Assembly (NCBI GenBank): GCA_951406725.2
Contig: OX597818.1
Location: 25,792,001-25,856,000 of the forward strand
Direction of reading: 5' to 3'
Source of the DNA: Octopus vulgaris
Lineage: Eukaryota
DNA length: 64,000 bases
In this document: positions 41,433-55,509 of the stretch, piece by piece
Layout: each line of letters starts with the position of its first letter
Numbering within the stretch: position 1 is the first letter of the stretch
Translations under genes and position numbers: made by a program
The notes under the pieces: model-generated
What the model was told of the DNA's origin: nothing
Database searches by the model: none
The model's input: only the letters and a program-made list of their open reading frames with translations

Positions 41433-41749
41433 TAACAAAGTTCAAGTGACAACTGTCCATCAAGGAATACGAACCTTTGTTTCAGCACACTAGAGTCTTT
41501 AATTAGAATGCTCTCATCTCTTCCACCTTGGCAAACACAATACATATAATATATTCGAGCCTTATACAGTTGCTTGATCTGCCAGTAAAAGCAAGTCAGT
41601 CTCCTATAAATTGCATGTCTTATAAGAAAGGAAGGGACATACATTGGATAACATGCTCTTGGTTACTCTCGATTTCATCATTGTCATCATTATCGTCATT
41701 GTTATCATCATCTTCCTCCTCTTCTACCTCACTGTCATCCTCCTCCTCC

Positions 41750-42235
41750 TCATCATCGTTTAACGTCTGCTTTTCATGCTAGCATGGTTGGACGATTTGA
41801 CTGAAGTCTGGCAAACCAGATGGCTGCACCAGGCTCCAATCTTGATCTGTCAGAGCTTCTACAGCTGGATGCCCTTCCTAATGAAAATCATTCTGAGAGT
41901 GCAGTAGGTGCTTTTATATGCCACTGGAATGAGGGCCAGTCAGGCGGTACTGGCAAAGGCCACGCTCAAATGGTGTTTTTTATGTGCCATCTGCACAGGA
42001 GCAAGTCCAGTGGCACTGGCAACGACCTTGCTTGAATGTTTTTTCACGTGCCAGTAAGGTGCCACTGGTAACGATCAAGCTCGAATGGTGCTTTTTAATG
42101 AAAAAAAAAGCACCATACGAGTGTGATTGTTACTAGTGTCGCCTTACTGGCACTTGTGCCAGTGGAACATGAAAAAACAGTCGAGTAAGGTTGTTGCCAG
42201 TGCCACTGGACTGGCTCCTATGCAGGTGGTATGTA
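41750..42235 (-). mobile_element. RTE LINE 3' UTR
   Basis: gtttaacgtctgcttttcatgctagcatgg...ggatgcccttcctaa, the same family as 735-1100. Confidence 0.75.
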
Positions 42236-42547
42236 ATTGTCAATCCTCCTCCTCCTTCTCCTCCTCCTCCTCATCATCATCATCATCATCGTCATCGTTT
42301 TAACATCCACTTTTCTATGTTTACGTGCATCAGAGAGAGAGTTTGTTGGGAGAGATTTTCTATGGTTGGATGCACTTCGTGTTACCAGCCCTCACCTGTT
42401 TTTTAAGCAAAGTAATATTTCCCCATGGCCAAACATGGTTTCAGAAAATGTTGGAAAGGAATGACATAGCTTGTATAACAGTGACACTCATTTGCAACTA
42501 TCACATGATGTCACAACAAGGAAACACAAACGTACACACACTCACAC

Positions 42548-43110
42548 TCATATACATACATACATATACTCTTTTACTTGTTTCAGTCATTTGACTGCGA
42601 CCATGCTGGAGCACTGCCTTTAGTTGAGCAAATCGACCCCAGGACTTATTATTTGTAAGCCTAGTACTTATTCTATCAGTCTCTTTTGCCAAACCGCTAA
42701 GTTACGAGGATGTAAACACACCAGCATCGGTTGTCAAGGGATGTTGGAGGGACAAACACAGACACACAAACACACACATATGTATACATATTTTTTTTAG
42801 AAAGTTGATTGTTATGGCTGGTCAGAGAGTGACCATTAGTTTTGCAACTATAAATATTTTTTTATTGATTTATTCTTTTACTTGTTTTGGTCATTTAGCT
42901 GTGGCCATGCAGGAGCACCATCTTTAAGGGTTTTATAGTTGAAGAATTCAACCCCAGTATTTATTCTTTGTAAGTCTAGTACTTATTCTGTTGGTCTCTT
43001 TTGCCAAACCATTAAGTTATGGGAATGTAAACACACCAACATCAGTTGTCAAGAGATGGTAGGGGGACAAACACAGGCACAAAGACACCCACACATAAAT
43101 ATATACATAC
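42548..43110 (-). mobile_element. Two 3' fragments of the CORE-like SINE
   Basis: cttttacttgtttcagtc... at 42550 and again at ~42876. Confidence 0.8.
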
Positions 43111-43396
43111 ATGCTTCACTGCTAAATCCACAAGATTTTTTCCACTCTCTCTCTGTTTATTTTCTCTTATTCCTTTCTGTTGAAGAGCATAGGCTCAAAA
43201 TATAAAAGATTTTTTCACTTTCCTGAGTGTCAAACTAATACACCTGCTTGTTGTTCATACACCTGTCTATAAATTTCAACTATATATATATTTGCAAAGA
43301 TGTTATTGTCTCTGTTATTATCTAAATAAGAGTTTTGACTGTTATTTCCAGCAGACTGGACATACTTTGTATGTCCTTTAATTAATTTTATGTATG

Positions 43397-43460
<64 letters not shown>

Positions 43461-44778
43461 GGGCTTCTTTCAGTTTGTGCTTACCAACTCCACTCATTTG
43501 CCCAAGGTGCCATTCAACAAGACTATATCTGAAATTACATGATTAGGAAGCAAAACTCTTTACCACACAGACATACCTGGACCTTACTTTATATCTATGA
43601 AAAGAATGAAATGGTCATGGCTGGAAAACCTTTCATCATGGGTCTGCTTGATTACAGCCAGTTGAAATACTGTGTTGCTAATATATATTATACTGAGTTG
43701 TTTACATTATTGATTAACAATACTTATGTTGAAATCATTAAAGACTGTCTCTCTGATAATTTTTGTAATCATAAAGTGGATAATGAAACACATTTGGGAG
43801 ATAAAGATTTGGAGAAAATGGCAAATGATGATGCATGTTTCTTGATGGTTCTAGTAGAAGACATGAAAGCTTGAGTAGAGACAGATATTAAAAATATATT
43901 CATCACATAGTTCATCAGGCAGAGATATTGGCCAACTTCGTTAAAGTGAACAAGTTGATGGACAAACATTTAATTTTTTTAAGAGAAAAGAAAATAATAT
44001 GGCTGAACCCAAATGGACTGGAAATGGAAATAATAACCAATACAAAATAATCACTGACAGAGCCAATCAGTTTTATAAAGGAGTTGGCTCTAGAACAATC
44101 AATTTTATAAGGGAGCTAGATCTAGAACAACCATCAAATCAATTTTATAACAGAGTTAGACTCAGATCATTGAAGTGTTCCCTATCAATCACGACTTGGG
44201 CTAAACAGCAAGCAAGATAAATCATAAAAGTAATATTTTCAGATTATTGTCAATTCATGAAAAACTGTTGATCAAAATACAATTGATTGAAAGCAATAGC
44301 TCATATAAATAAACAAATAAACAACAAAGAATTAATGGTAGTAACTGTTGCTCAAATGAACATATAAATGAATTACAGCAAATTACAAAACATGGTTAGA
44401 GGAAAATTGCTATATTGTTACATTATGTTAAAATAAAATAACTTTTTTTTATTAAAATATTACACAATATGAGTTTGTATGCATGTGTGTGTGTGTGCGT
44501 GAATGTGTGTGCGTGCGTGTGTGAATGTGTGTGTGTATGTGTGTGCATATATGTGTGAGTGATGTTCATGTTTACAGTTTGAAAAATCAGTTTAGCTTAT
44601 GTTAATGTCACTTTACGAACTTTATATCATGGCTGGTTCAAAATCTGTGGTAATTGAATCAATATTCAAAAATGGTGCTAATGTTTTTGCTGTGTTGAGA
44701 AATTAGTAGTTCAACAAAATTATAGAAATGTGTTATAATCTCACGTTATGGGCAAATACACACAAGCACACACGAGTG

Positions 44779-44813
<35 letters not shown>

Positions 44814-46031
44814 ACATGTATGCACACACACATACATTTGCAAGCACACACATGCACACAAACACACACACATATGTGAGTGTGTATATGTACATGTTTA
44901 TGTGTGCATGCATGTGTGTGATGTTTATAGTTCTAAATATAGTGATTCATAAACTAAACATGACACACACACATGAATATATATAAACTACACCAAATTT
45001 TTTACATTTTTAAGGAAAAAAATTATCTAAATAAAATGTAACAGAACACACTTTTTAAAAAGAAATTATTCTAATATTTGCCATAATTAAATTGCTCATC
45101 TGAGCAACAGTATGAGTAATAGTTTGATTAATAATTTTTTTCAGTCAACTTTATTCAATAAGTTGTATTTCAACCAACTGTTTTCAGTCAACTGTCTGCA
45201 TAGGAATATTTTCAGTGGTCAAAATTAGCAAATGATATTAATACAAGTAAACAGTAGTAGTTATGAAAAATTGCAAAGTCAGAAATTGATCTTGGCAGCC
45301 TCCAAGGAAATAGTAACAACAGCAGATACTCAATAAGAGTCGGAAGATAGATTTAGTAGGGTGTGAAGGTCAGAGTTGCCATAAATATAATTGAAAATAA
45401 CAATAGTGGTGTTTATTGGTGTGCTGCAAGACGAAGTAGAGACTGATATTTTGCCTGGAGCCTTCTATGAAGAAATACCAAAGAGCTCTGCCTATAATTT
45501 TAGACTCTCATTCATCCTGTACTTATATGTTCTTTTTTTGCTTTCCAATAGTGAAACATTAAATGTAACTAAACCAAAAATAAAGCTGCAGTGACTTTGG
45601 TTGGTAAGAAAGATTGAAGAAAACTGAGAATGAAGTTAAGCCAAGCTGTAAACAATGCAGAAACCATATGCAAAAGTGGATGGACAGTTTAGTCACTCAT
45701 TCATTGCAGACACAAATGTAATTATGATGTAATTATAAAGCATTATTGTTTACGAAATCAAATTTGTTATTTTTTAATAGATATAAATCTATAAATTGCA
45801 GCCCATGGGACTTTGTGAATGGCATGCCTAGCAAAACATTACCTTGAATGTTTTTTGTACTGTGACCCACACTACTAAAAGGTTGCCCATGCCAAATATA
45901 AATCATATACCTCCACATATGATGAGCCCAAAACAAGATTTTTAACTGTTAAATAAACTTGTAATCTTCACTGAAGACTTTCTTATTAGAATTTGATAAG
46001 TGATGAATCGAGCCCCCAAATCATGTTTCCA

Positions 46032-46220
46032 CACGTAAAAAGCACCCACTACACTCATGGAGTGGTTGGCGTTAGGAAGGGCATCCAGCCGTAGAAACAT
46101 TGCCAGATCAGACTGGAGCCTGGTGCAGCCTCCTGGCTTCCCAGACCCCGGTCGAAGTGTCCAACCCATGCTAGCATGGAAAGCGGACGCTAAACGATGA
46201 TGATGATGATGATGATGATT
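46032..46220 (+). mobile_element. RTE LINE 3' end with (GAT)n tail
   Basis: gtggttggcgttaggaagggcatccagccgtagaaac...aaacgatgatgatg. Confidence 0.85.
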
Positions 46221-47059
46221 CAAGATGACACTAAAGAGAATATTGTAAAATTGTTGCCATACATTTCCATGAATTTCATTTCATCTTGCAATATTTTATC
46301 TGATACTGATAAAATTCCTGACTGCTGTAAAATCCTGTTGAATATATTTGAGTTATATGTTGTTGGTTAGAAGTAAAGTTCATATAACCATTTCTATAAA
46401 CTGTTTGCATCTTTGAAAATTCTACATTGAGACTCAATAAATTCAGGTTAATTTTTACAAAAAGAATTTATCTGATATTGTCTATAAAAAAATATTATTG
46501 ATGATTTGTCTTTATTAAATTATACTTTGAGTCAAACTATTCAACAGCTGTATTAAACTGGCAGGAAAGCAAATCTTATATCATTATGTAAACATATCAA
46601 ATAGCTGTACAGCAGCCTCAAAAATGTTTGAAGACAGCTCATACAAGATAATTATTTCCTGAAATGTATACACACACATATATACATGCATACACACATG
46701 CCACACACACACACATACATGCATGTACACACATGCATATGTATGTGTATATTACTTTTATATGTGTGTGTGTGTGTGTGTGTGTATACACACAGACATA
46801 TATATATTATTGGATTGGATTAACTACATGCCAGATCCTAAGCCCACAAAGAGAAAGTGCCACTCGTAAGTGTTGTGGTTTATACCTTACTTCTCCTTAA
46901 ACATAAAACCTTGTGTGGTTGAGATTTTCCTTAGCTTAGTGGATAAACAATTTTTCCATACAAATAGGCTCAATAACATTTTTAATATGTACACCTTAAT
47001 AGTGTCTTTTAGCTGTGCACCTAGTGAAAAGAAGATATTAGTAGATAGGCCCACACTTG

Positions 47060-48030
47060 AGACAGAAGCATGATGCACATATTGAGGTAATACCCACCAA
47101 ATATCCCCTTAATAGACACTAACTTGAAAACAGTCATATATGAGGCAGAAGTAAGATTAAAAAGTTTAAATGAACAGCTAAACACATGAAAGTATGGGGG
47201 GGGCAACAGAAGGACCCCTTAAGACCATAACCATAAGTCTTCCGTCAATATCTAGGTAAGATGAAATGATACAGCTTTGGCTAGGCATGTATGTTCATCA
47301 AAGGAAAGAACCCCAAAGTACAACATAACGTGGAAAACCTTAGAGAAATGCAAGGCATATTTTAATAACAGCAGAAAGTACAGATTGTGTTTAGTTGAGA
47401 AAAAAATCAGGTTAAATAATTCTTAGCATCCAGACATACATGAACTGCAGAATTGAGATAATTAACTCTTGCCCACAAGAAATGGTACCTATAAGCTCCA
47501 TCGTAAATATGACCACTATCAACTTTTGGCCTTCTTCCCATCATAGGTTTAAAGGTTCAGGCACCAGCCCAAAAGAGGCTTGAAGGTTCAGACACCAGCC
47601 TCCATCTCCTCCCAAACCCTACACATAAAAACCCTTGCACACATTCCAACCCTTCACAAATACCAGCCCCTAAACCACTGCACATTTTTCAGAAAACTCT
47701 TGCCACCTTACAGCATCTCAGAGACTTTGGGGTCAAGGGATATAACTCATGAAAATATCCTTGCTCAGTTCACCTCGTATGGCTTTGTTTTGTATTTTTT
47801 CACAGTACCCATAATCTGAATGTGACATTTTTTACCTCCAATAACAAAGAACAGTTACCATATTCTTTCATACCTGCCATCTCTGAAGAGCATACAGTAA
47901 TTCTTAACTATGCCATTATTTAACATCTAGTGTTAGTACCTAGTGTGAAACTGATTAGTAAGATCAGGTGTTGTGAATCTATAATACTATATACCCGCTC
48001 TATTGACAAACATATGAGTGCATCTTTTTC
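47060..48030 (+). mobile_element. Decayed PLE GIY-YIG 3' end plus pseudo-LTR
   Basis: VIYEAEV..., LARHV..SK...YNITWKTLEKCKAY...RLCLVEK (PLE GIY-YIG C-terminus); HHR motif downstream. Confidence 0.65.
47879..47964 (+). ncRNA. Type I hammerhead ribozyme motif with long helix II loop
   Basis: atct-CTGAAGA-gcatac...agtgt-GAAA-ctgattag-TA-agat; helix I can extend through cctg/cagg. Confidence 0.55.
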
Positions 48031-48065
48031 TCTAATTTATGGATTCTGAAATGAATATTCATATT

Positions 48066-48452
48066 TGTGGCTATGTGGTAAGAAGCTTTCCTCTCATCCA
48101 CATGGTTCCAGGTTCAGTTCCATTGTGTAGCACCTTAGGCAAGTGTCTTCTACAATAGCCTCAGGTTGACCAAAGCCTTGTAAGTGGATTTGGTAGACAG
48201 AAACTGAAAGAAGCCCATCATGTATATATATGTATATATCTATGTATGTGTGTCTGTGTTTGTCCTCCACTCCACCACTTGATAATCAGTATTGGTGTTT
48301 ATGTCCCCGTAAATTAGTGGTTCAGCAAAAGAGATCGATAGAATAAGTACCAGGTTTAAAACAAAAAGTACTTGATACATTCAACTATAAATTCTTTTCA
48401 AGGTGGTGCCCCAGCATGGCCGCAGTCTAATGACTGAAACAAGTAAAAGATA
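48066..48452 (+). mobile_element. tRNA-derived CORE-like SINE
   Basis: Homologous to the 9254 copy. Confidence 0.85.
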
Positions 48453-48489
48453 AAAGATAAAAGATACATATATATAGAGATAGATACAT

Positions 48490-49530
48490 GACCAAGTTTG
48501 CATACATGAGGCTGATAACATCATAAGATTTGGAAGGCAGCTCCTTGAGCAACATTCTTTGTCTGATAACCTAGAATACATGCCCAAAGAACTCGCACGA
48601 CTCTACCGCAATGTATCATCAGATGAAAGGATGAGCCTATACAAGCAGAAGACTATGCATGGATATGTCAGTAGAAATCTCCGTGATGATAGTAACATCG
48701 ATCATCAAAGCAGTTTATCTTGGACTAATAACCAGATTACTACCTCCCATTTTGAAGGGTGCGTGTTTGCAATCCAGGAACAGGAAATATCAACCAAGTA
48801 CCTGATGCACAAAAGCGATAGATATGCAGGAAAAACCATAAAATGTGACAACCAATGCAGTCTTTGTGGAGTTCACACTGAAGATATCAGGCACATCATA
48901 AGAAGTTGTCTGAAAATGTTATCGTGGTATTATCTACCATTAAGACATGATGTTGAAACTAGGACTCAATAATGAAATCTGTCAGAAGGATAATCCCGAG
49001 GACAAAGAAATAAGAACCCACAATTTGGTAGAAGCCATAGCCACTCATAATAAAAAGGAATACTGGTGGAATGTACCAGTGAAGGACTCAATAAAATGTA
49101 AGCACAACAGACCTTATATAATGAATTGGGATAGAGAAGAGAAACTGCACAGTTGTGGAAATTGGCTGCCCAGCAGATGTTAACATAAAGCTGAAGATCA
49201 GTGAAAAAGAGAACACCTATGCTGAACTATTCAGAAATCTGCAATTACTCTATCCAGATTACAAGTTCAGGTTTAAACCTGTAATTATTGGAGCCCTGAA
49301 ATATGTAATACACTGCCTAAATACCAATCTTGAGAAATTAGGCATCTCAAAATCAGAAAGGAGAAAGCTAATTTGAAGATTACAGATCCAATCCATCACT
49401 GGAACTGTAAAAATCTGTAAAACTTTCCAGAAGTTTATCATTTAAGTATATATATGAGTATGTCTAGATATACAACTATATGCAAGAGAATACATATATA
49501 AAACATACAAATCTGCACATGCATACTTAC
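48490..49530 (+). mobile_element. RLE non-LTR retrotransposon (R4/Dong-like), 3' part; 3' UTR resumes at 51232
   Basis: MHGY, FEGCVFAIQEQEISTKY, CSLCG..EDIRHII..C, RHD, HNRPYI, EIGCP, PVIIGAL. Confidence 0.85.
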
Positions 49531-51231
49531 ATGATGAAGGCTGCCCCCTCGTTATCGAGTATGGCCATTGCACAAGGCTTAACTGTTAATGGTGCTGTGT
49601 TCGAATGTGACTTTTTAGCCCAGCTAAAGATCTACAATGTCTAGTACAGAATTGGCAGCTGAAACCTTTACTGCTGTAGTTGTAATTGAGCTTCATGTAC
49701 TTTTGCATGTTGTTTAAGTCCTCATGCCGAATCACACTCCCTTCCACATGCCTGACAGATATGATTAGTATGGTGTGTAGCACCACCACCAGTGGCCTGG
49801 TAGTCAATCATCAGTCTTGCCTTATGACTACGAAGATGACTCTTGAGTCCAGGTTTACTGAGACCACTCCATCTGTGCCTTTGCTTCAACACAAGAGCTT
49901 CTATACTTTCACACCAAGAGCTTTCCAATATCTCAAGATCACTGATGTGGTCCTCCCAGTTAATGCCATAGATCCGTCTGAGACACATCTGATGGAAACG
50001 TTCCAGTTGTTTAAGGTGGTATCAATATGTGACCCACGTCTCGCAGGCATAAAGAAGAGAAGAGAGCACACACTTATACACCTTTATCTTTGTTTTCCTG
50101 CATATTTCTCGCCGACTCCAGAAGTGCCTTTCTAGCCTTCCAAATGCACCACTTGCTTTCCTAATTCTGTATGGAATTTCATTATCCAAATTGCTATATC
50201 TATTAACAGTGCTTCCCAGGTAGACAAACTGATCAACTACACCAAGTCATTTACCATACACATAGATATTTGGTTTACTATACTGCTTACCAGGGGCAGG
50301 TTGGTACATGACAACAGTTTTCTTGAGACTGACTGTCAATCCTAAGGCAGTGCAAGCATCAGAGGATGCATTCAAAATGTGTTGCATATCAATCTCTGTG
50401 TGCATTACTAGATCACAATCATCTGCACATGAAAGGTCTCTTATGATAGAGGTTAAATACCTTTGTTTTTGCAGCAAAGCGCCTGATATTAAATATGCTG
50501 CCAGAGGTTTGATAAGGGATGTAAACACCATATCTGCAGTTTCTGAATGCAATACAGAAAACCATCACAAAATGTATGGCAAATAAGGTCAGTGCCAGAA
50601 TATTCCCCTGTTGTCAGGTCACTTTTGAGTGCTACTGTTGCGTGGTCAGGTCATTGGTGACTAAACCGGCAACCCCACCAAGCTTGCTTGGTGAGGAGGT
50701 TGTTTATTGGACACCCTGCGGGATGAAAAGCAAAACCTGTCAAAGGGCGGAGGAACTCTTGAGAGTCAATGGCCATCCAATATGTGTGTAATTATATATT
50801 TACTGTATATCTCCCTTTTTCTCACTAATTTTATATATTGTATATTTTTATAGTTTGCTCATAATATATATTTTTATATATTCCATATTTATATTTTATG
50901 TATATTTTGTATATCAATATTTTTTTATATATTCTACGTGGTTTTTTTTTCCCCTTATATCTATTTTATCCAGCTTATGGCTGTATCTTGCATGGGGACA
51001 TAGAAATAATCAGACTGAATACCTGATCGCGCGGTTAAACCATTGGGAGTGAAGGACCCCTAGCCTTTGTTAGGACATCCTTCTAGGAGAAGGCAACTCA
51101 GGTAATTGAGATAATTCCGACATAAAGCCCGCAGCTCAGTGGTTACCAATGATGTTGACTTGTTCTTCTTTTCGGGTTATGGCAGCCGTTACTTAGTGAG
51201 TGGGATTGACTCAGTGCACAGCCTTTCCTCA
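49531..51231 (-). mobile_element. RTE (BovB-like) LINE, internally deleted, with C-terminal C2H2-like fingers
   Basis: RDLSCADDC..., LGLTVSLKKT (RT domains 5-6), CLRRIYGINWEDHISDLEIL; putative 5' UTR at ~50600-51231. Confidence 0.8.
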
Positions 51232-51384
51232 CATACATACAAACATATAAAAATACCCTGTTGTTGATATTGAAATTCCAATGAGCCTTGGATCTAGGTT
51301 AGAAACTAGTTCTTTCTCTATTGGCAAGAAATCTTGAAATAAACTGAATAATGACATATATACATACATACATACATACATACA

Positions 51385-51412
<28 letters not shown>
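51232..51412 (+). mobile_element. Probable 3' UTR and (CATA)n tail of the 48490 RLE element
   Basis: CATA-rich sequence continues from 49500-49530 across the RTE insertion and ends in (CATA)n at 51360-51412. Confidence 0.55.
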
Positions 51413-51415
<3 letters not shown>

Positions 51416-51792
51416 CTGCAGGTTTAATTTTATATATATTTGTTGGATCCTACAATGCTATCAGCTTGGTTTGGAATGGTAGAGTACAATAGTTTGACTG
51501 CTTATGATGAGGTACTGCTTATGATGAGGGTGAACATTTTTTTTCTCCTAGTAGAGAAAAGAATATTCTGGGTACCTAGCTTTTTACATGGAGATTGTAT
51601 GGTGAAGAGGAGTATACCACATGACTTTCTAGTTTCAATTGTTCTTGCTGGTATAAACATTCTGGTATAAACATTCATCCTTTTAGTACTGATCACAGGT
51701 GCAGCTGGATCAGTATCCACCATCTCACTCTCTAAATTTTGCTTATAACAACTATTGCATCTATGAAATGTAAGACAATTCTTATGCTTATA

Positions 51793-52944
51793 TCTCTCTA
51801 TATAAACGGCAGTTTGTCTGTCTGTGTATCTGTGTGTCTGTCAGGTTGTACCCTCACCCTGACCACGGCTTTCAACCGATTCTGATGAAACTTGACACAC
51901 ACATAGCCCAATGTCATAATTCAAAACTAACGCAGCGAAAATTTTGAAAAGTTCCCCCAGTTCTGAAAAAAATCGATAAATTCGACATGGGGTCGAGAAT
52001 CTAAGCTTTTTATATGCAACACATTTTCTGTTTTAGTTTTCGTAACTTGCAATCGATTTTCACCAAACTCATGGTGAAGCTTAATGTTACCCTAAGAAAC
52101 TTATTTCTGATGTTAGTTTTCCATGCAATACCTTACCATCAGAAAAAATCGATAAAATCATGCCATTTTGGGAAATTGCGTTCAAATTCAAGATGACACA
52201 TTTTCGACAATATCTTTCCCAAATTGGCAGGAATTTTTTTTAAAATTCACAGCGAGCATCATGTCTGCTCCAAGGAGCTATATGGCCCTTTATATTCCAA
52301 TAGGATACTTTATTACTGGAAATAATCGGTTAATTAAATCATATGTGGCACACATAGCAAACCGATTTGTGTATTAAACACAAACCACAGACTGTCTAAG
52401 GGACGCAACTCGACCTTTTTAACTCTCGGAACACGTGGGGTAAGTATCCCAAAATGTATAAAAATGTACAAAATCGGCAAAAAAGCGAGCAGCAATGTGA
52501 GTGACAACAACGAAAAAGTCAAAAGTGACCAAACTGAACAAACAAATGGAAAAAGTTTTTTGGTGCACACGACAAAAGCGGTTTATAATAAACCAAGAGT
52601 TTGCAAGTAGCGTTCGAGGACCCTTAGGGTACGTCAAAAATTTAAGGTAAAATGTTTGGGGTGGTAGTTATAAAGAAAGTTTAAACAAAAAAGTATTCGA
52701 ATAACTTGCGGCTGCAGCAGCTATTAGCAGAAGTGGCGGTAAAGTCTCGAATGTAATTTCTTCCTGGTAGGAATTGGTTGGGTTGAATTATCGATAGCTG
52801 TTTGATAGTTATTTGGGAGTGAAGAGAAGACATTGCAACCTACACATGTGCCTTCATTCCCTAGAGGGAAAGGACTAGATTGGGATTAGTCGTTGCCTAC
52901 TAGGGGCTCTTACATACCCGGGCAACGCCGGGTTATGCTGCTAG
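51793..52944 (+). mobile_element. Non-autonomous Helitron
   Basis: 5' TC after A, subterminal (GTCT)n, 3' hairpin cccgg-gcaacg-ccggg (52917-52932), then CTAG followed by T. Confidence 0.82.
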
Positions 52945-53813
52945 TAATTGATAAATTATATAATTGATAAATCTATAATACCAACACCCATCATCACCAC
53001 CACCACCACCACCACCACCACCACCACCATCATTGTTATTATCATTATCATCATTATCATTATTGTCATCATAATAGCACTGCTGCTATTAATCTTATTA
53101 TTTGTGTTTCTAATTTCACAGTGGGTCAATTTTTCACCTTTCCAATTAACATGTCTACATGTAAGTGAAGTCTACATTGATTTATATCTTGTTTGACTGC
53201 ATGAATGCATACAGGGTTTGTAAGGGCTACTATTAGGTATATTAATACAGTTACTTATTACTAAGTTAGCTACAAGCTAATGAAGATGATTACATAACTC
53301 TTGTGTTTGCCATCCATTTATTAATTAATACTATGCTCTGTAGTTATACACATGCACACACAGACACATGATCATCATCATCATCATTGCTTTAATATTC
53401 ACTTTTCCATACTCGTTTGGGTCAGGTGAAATTTTCTTCAGACAGATTTTCTAAAGCCAGATGCTCTTCCTGTGGCCAACACTTGTCTGTTTCCAAGTGA
53501 TTTAATATTTACCCTTGCATGGTCATGTTTTTATAAAGACTGGAAATGAATGACATCACTTATATAATGGCAGCACTCTCAACTATCATGTGATGTCAAA
53601 ACAAAGAAACATCCTCATCATTGTTGTTGTCATTGTCGTCATTATCGTTGTTGTGGTCATCATCATTATCATCATTTAATGTCCATGTTTGATGGACAGG
53701 ACGTTTTGACAGGAACCTGCGAGCCAAAGGACTGAATTGTGCTTGATTTCTATGGCTGGATACCTTTCCTAATGCTAATCACTTTAAAGAATGTACTGAG
53801 AGTTTTTATATTT

Positions 53814-54125
53814 CTAGCAGTATAGCCCGGCATTGCTCAGGTTTGTTTTTTAGTTGCACTTAAAATGACAGACTTTGATGTCTTGTTAACAAAGTTTTGA
53901 CATAGTTTCAATCTTTTTTGAAAAGTAAAAATTTTGCATTATGTAGCTTGTTATTCTCTTTAAGTGAACATTTTTCTGGTTGAAATACACTGAACAATGG
54001 TGACACAGCAGTCAAAAAATCGTAAAAATAGATATTTTCATAGAAAAAAAGCACCTTTTTGACGTAAATAATGTTTGGTCTTAACATAGTGTGATTTGAA
54101 TTTTTTCTTCTACGGAATGAAGAGT
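53814..54125 (-). mobile_element. Helitron 3' end fragment
   Basis: Minus strand cctgagcaatgccgggctatactgCTAG, similar to the 3' end at 52917-52944. Confidence 0.65.
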
Positions 54126-54400
54126 ATTTTTACTGTTCCACTTATATTTGTAATGTGAGAGTTAATAAGTTCATTTCTTTTCCTGAAAACCCTAGCTTAT
54201 CCAGATTGTCACTTAGGTATTTACCCATAAAACCAAGTGCACCAATTATTATTGGTATAAACGAGAATTTATAATCTGGATATAGAAACTGGAGGTTTCA
54301 AAGCAGTTGTCCATAGTTATCCTCTTTCTCTTTGATTTTCAAAGAGACATGTATGTATGTATGTATGTATGTATGTATGTATGTATGTATGTATACATGT
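54126..54400 (-). mobile_element. RLE retrotransposon C-terminal fragment related to 49150-49420
   Basis: Reverse translation LQFLYPDYKFSFIPIIIGALG; adjacent (TATG)n. Confidence 0.7.
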
Positions 54401-55224
54401 ATGTATGTATGCACGTGTGTATGTATGCATGATACATGAGTCAATTTATTTAATCAGGCATCTATTTTCTACTTATTCATTTTGTTTATTATATTATGAA
54501 GTCTGTAAGTGTATTACTATCGGTATTGACTGAATAATGTTGTTTTATATGTTTTACACCTAATATTAATTAACAGTGTTTGTTTACTCTCTTTCACTGA
54601 TTGCTTGATGTCATCCTTGGAAAATTTATTTCTTCTTTCTAACTTTCTTAATTATAACAAATATTTTCTATAATCTAGGTTTGATTGTTTGAGTCATACA
54701 GCAATGTTCTGAAATAATTTTGTTGCATTAATTTAATATATTATTAATTTCTGACAAGATATTTGAATTAGAAAAAGCATAGACAATTTGCTCTAAACAA
54801 TAAATCTGTTAAATGCAATAAGCTTTTGCTGTATAATTATCAAGATGACAAGATTTGAGACCTCTCTCGATTTTGCTCTCCTCTTCTCTCTCTCTCTTTC
54901 TCTCTCTAACTCACACACACACATACACACACACGCAGATTTGAATCACATACTTTTAATTTAAATCAAAAAGAAAAGAAGAGATATCATTCGCTGAAAA
55001 GCAGCCTCAATACAGGAGAAGAATATATTTTATTAGAGAGAAATACAGGATAACAGTGACTTTGAAGATTTACTGGTATTTTTATCATTTATAATACAGC
55101 TTTAAAACATTCGTTTTAATAATTATTTCATTTATACATTTGTTTTGCAAGATTCCTGGTGCAAAATTGCATGTTGAAACAGATATTGTCATATATCAGG
55201 ACAGTCATTTTCGTTTTGGTCAAA

Positions 55225-55443
55225 TAAACACACACACTATATATTCATATTTCACTTTGGATGTATTATTATTCTTATTTTATGTCCTTTGTCTGGAAAT
55301 CTTTTATCCTACATCCTGTGACCTCTTCTGCAACTCACCATCCCACATGTCTCCTGCTCTGTTTAGTCCATTCTATCTTTCTATAGCGTGTCTCCTTATC
55401 AGCACATGTGTTTGCATCTGTATCTGTGTGTGTGTGTGTCTGT

Positions 55444-55509
<66 letters not shown>

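Noticed and set aside
43170-43215. Hammerhead-like ttgaagagc..gctc-aaaa
   Set aside because: GAAA and helix III are degraded; it cannot be called from this copy alone.
50970-51231. Possible HDV-like ribozyme in the RTE 5' UTR
   Set aside because: RTE 5' UTRs often carry one, but I could not trace the nested double pseudoknot by eye.
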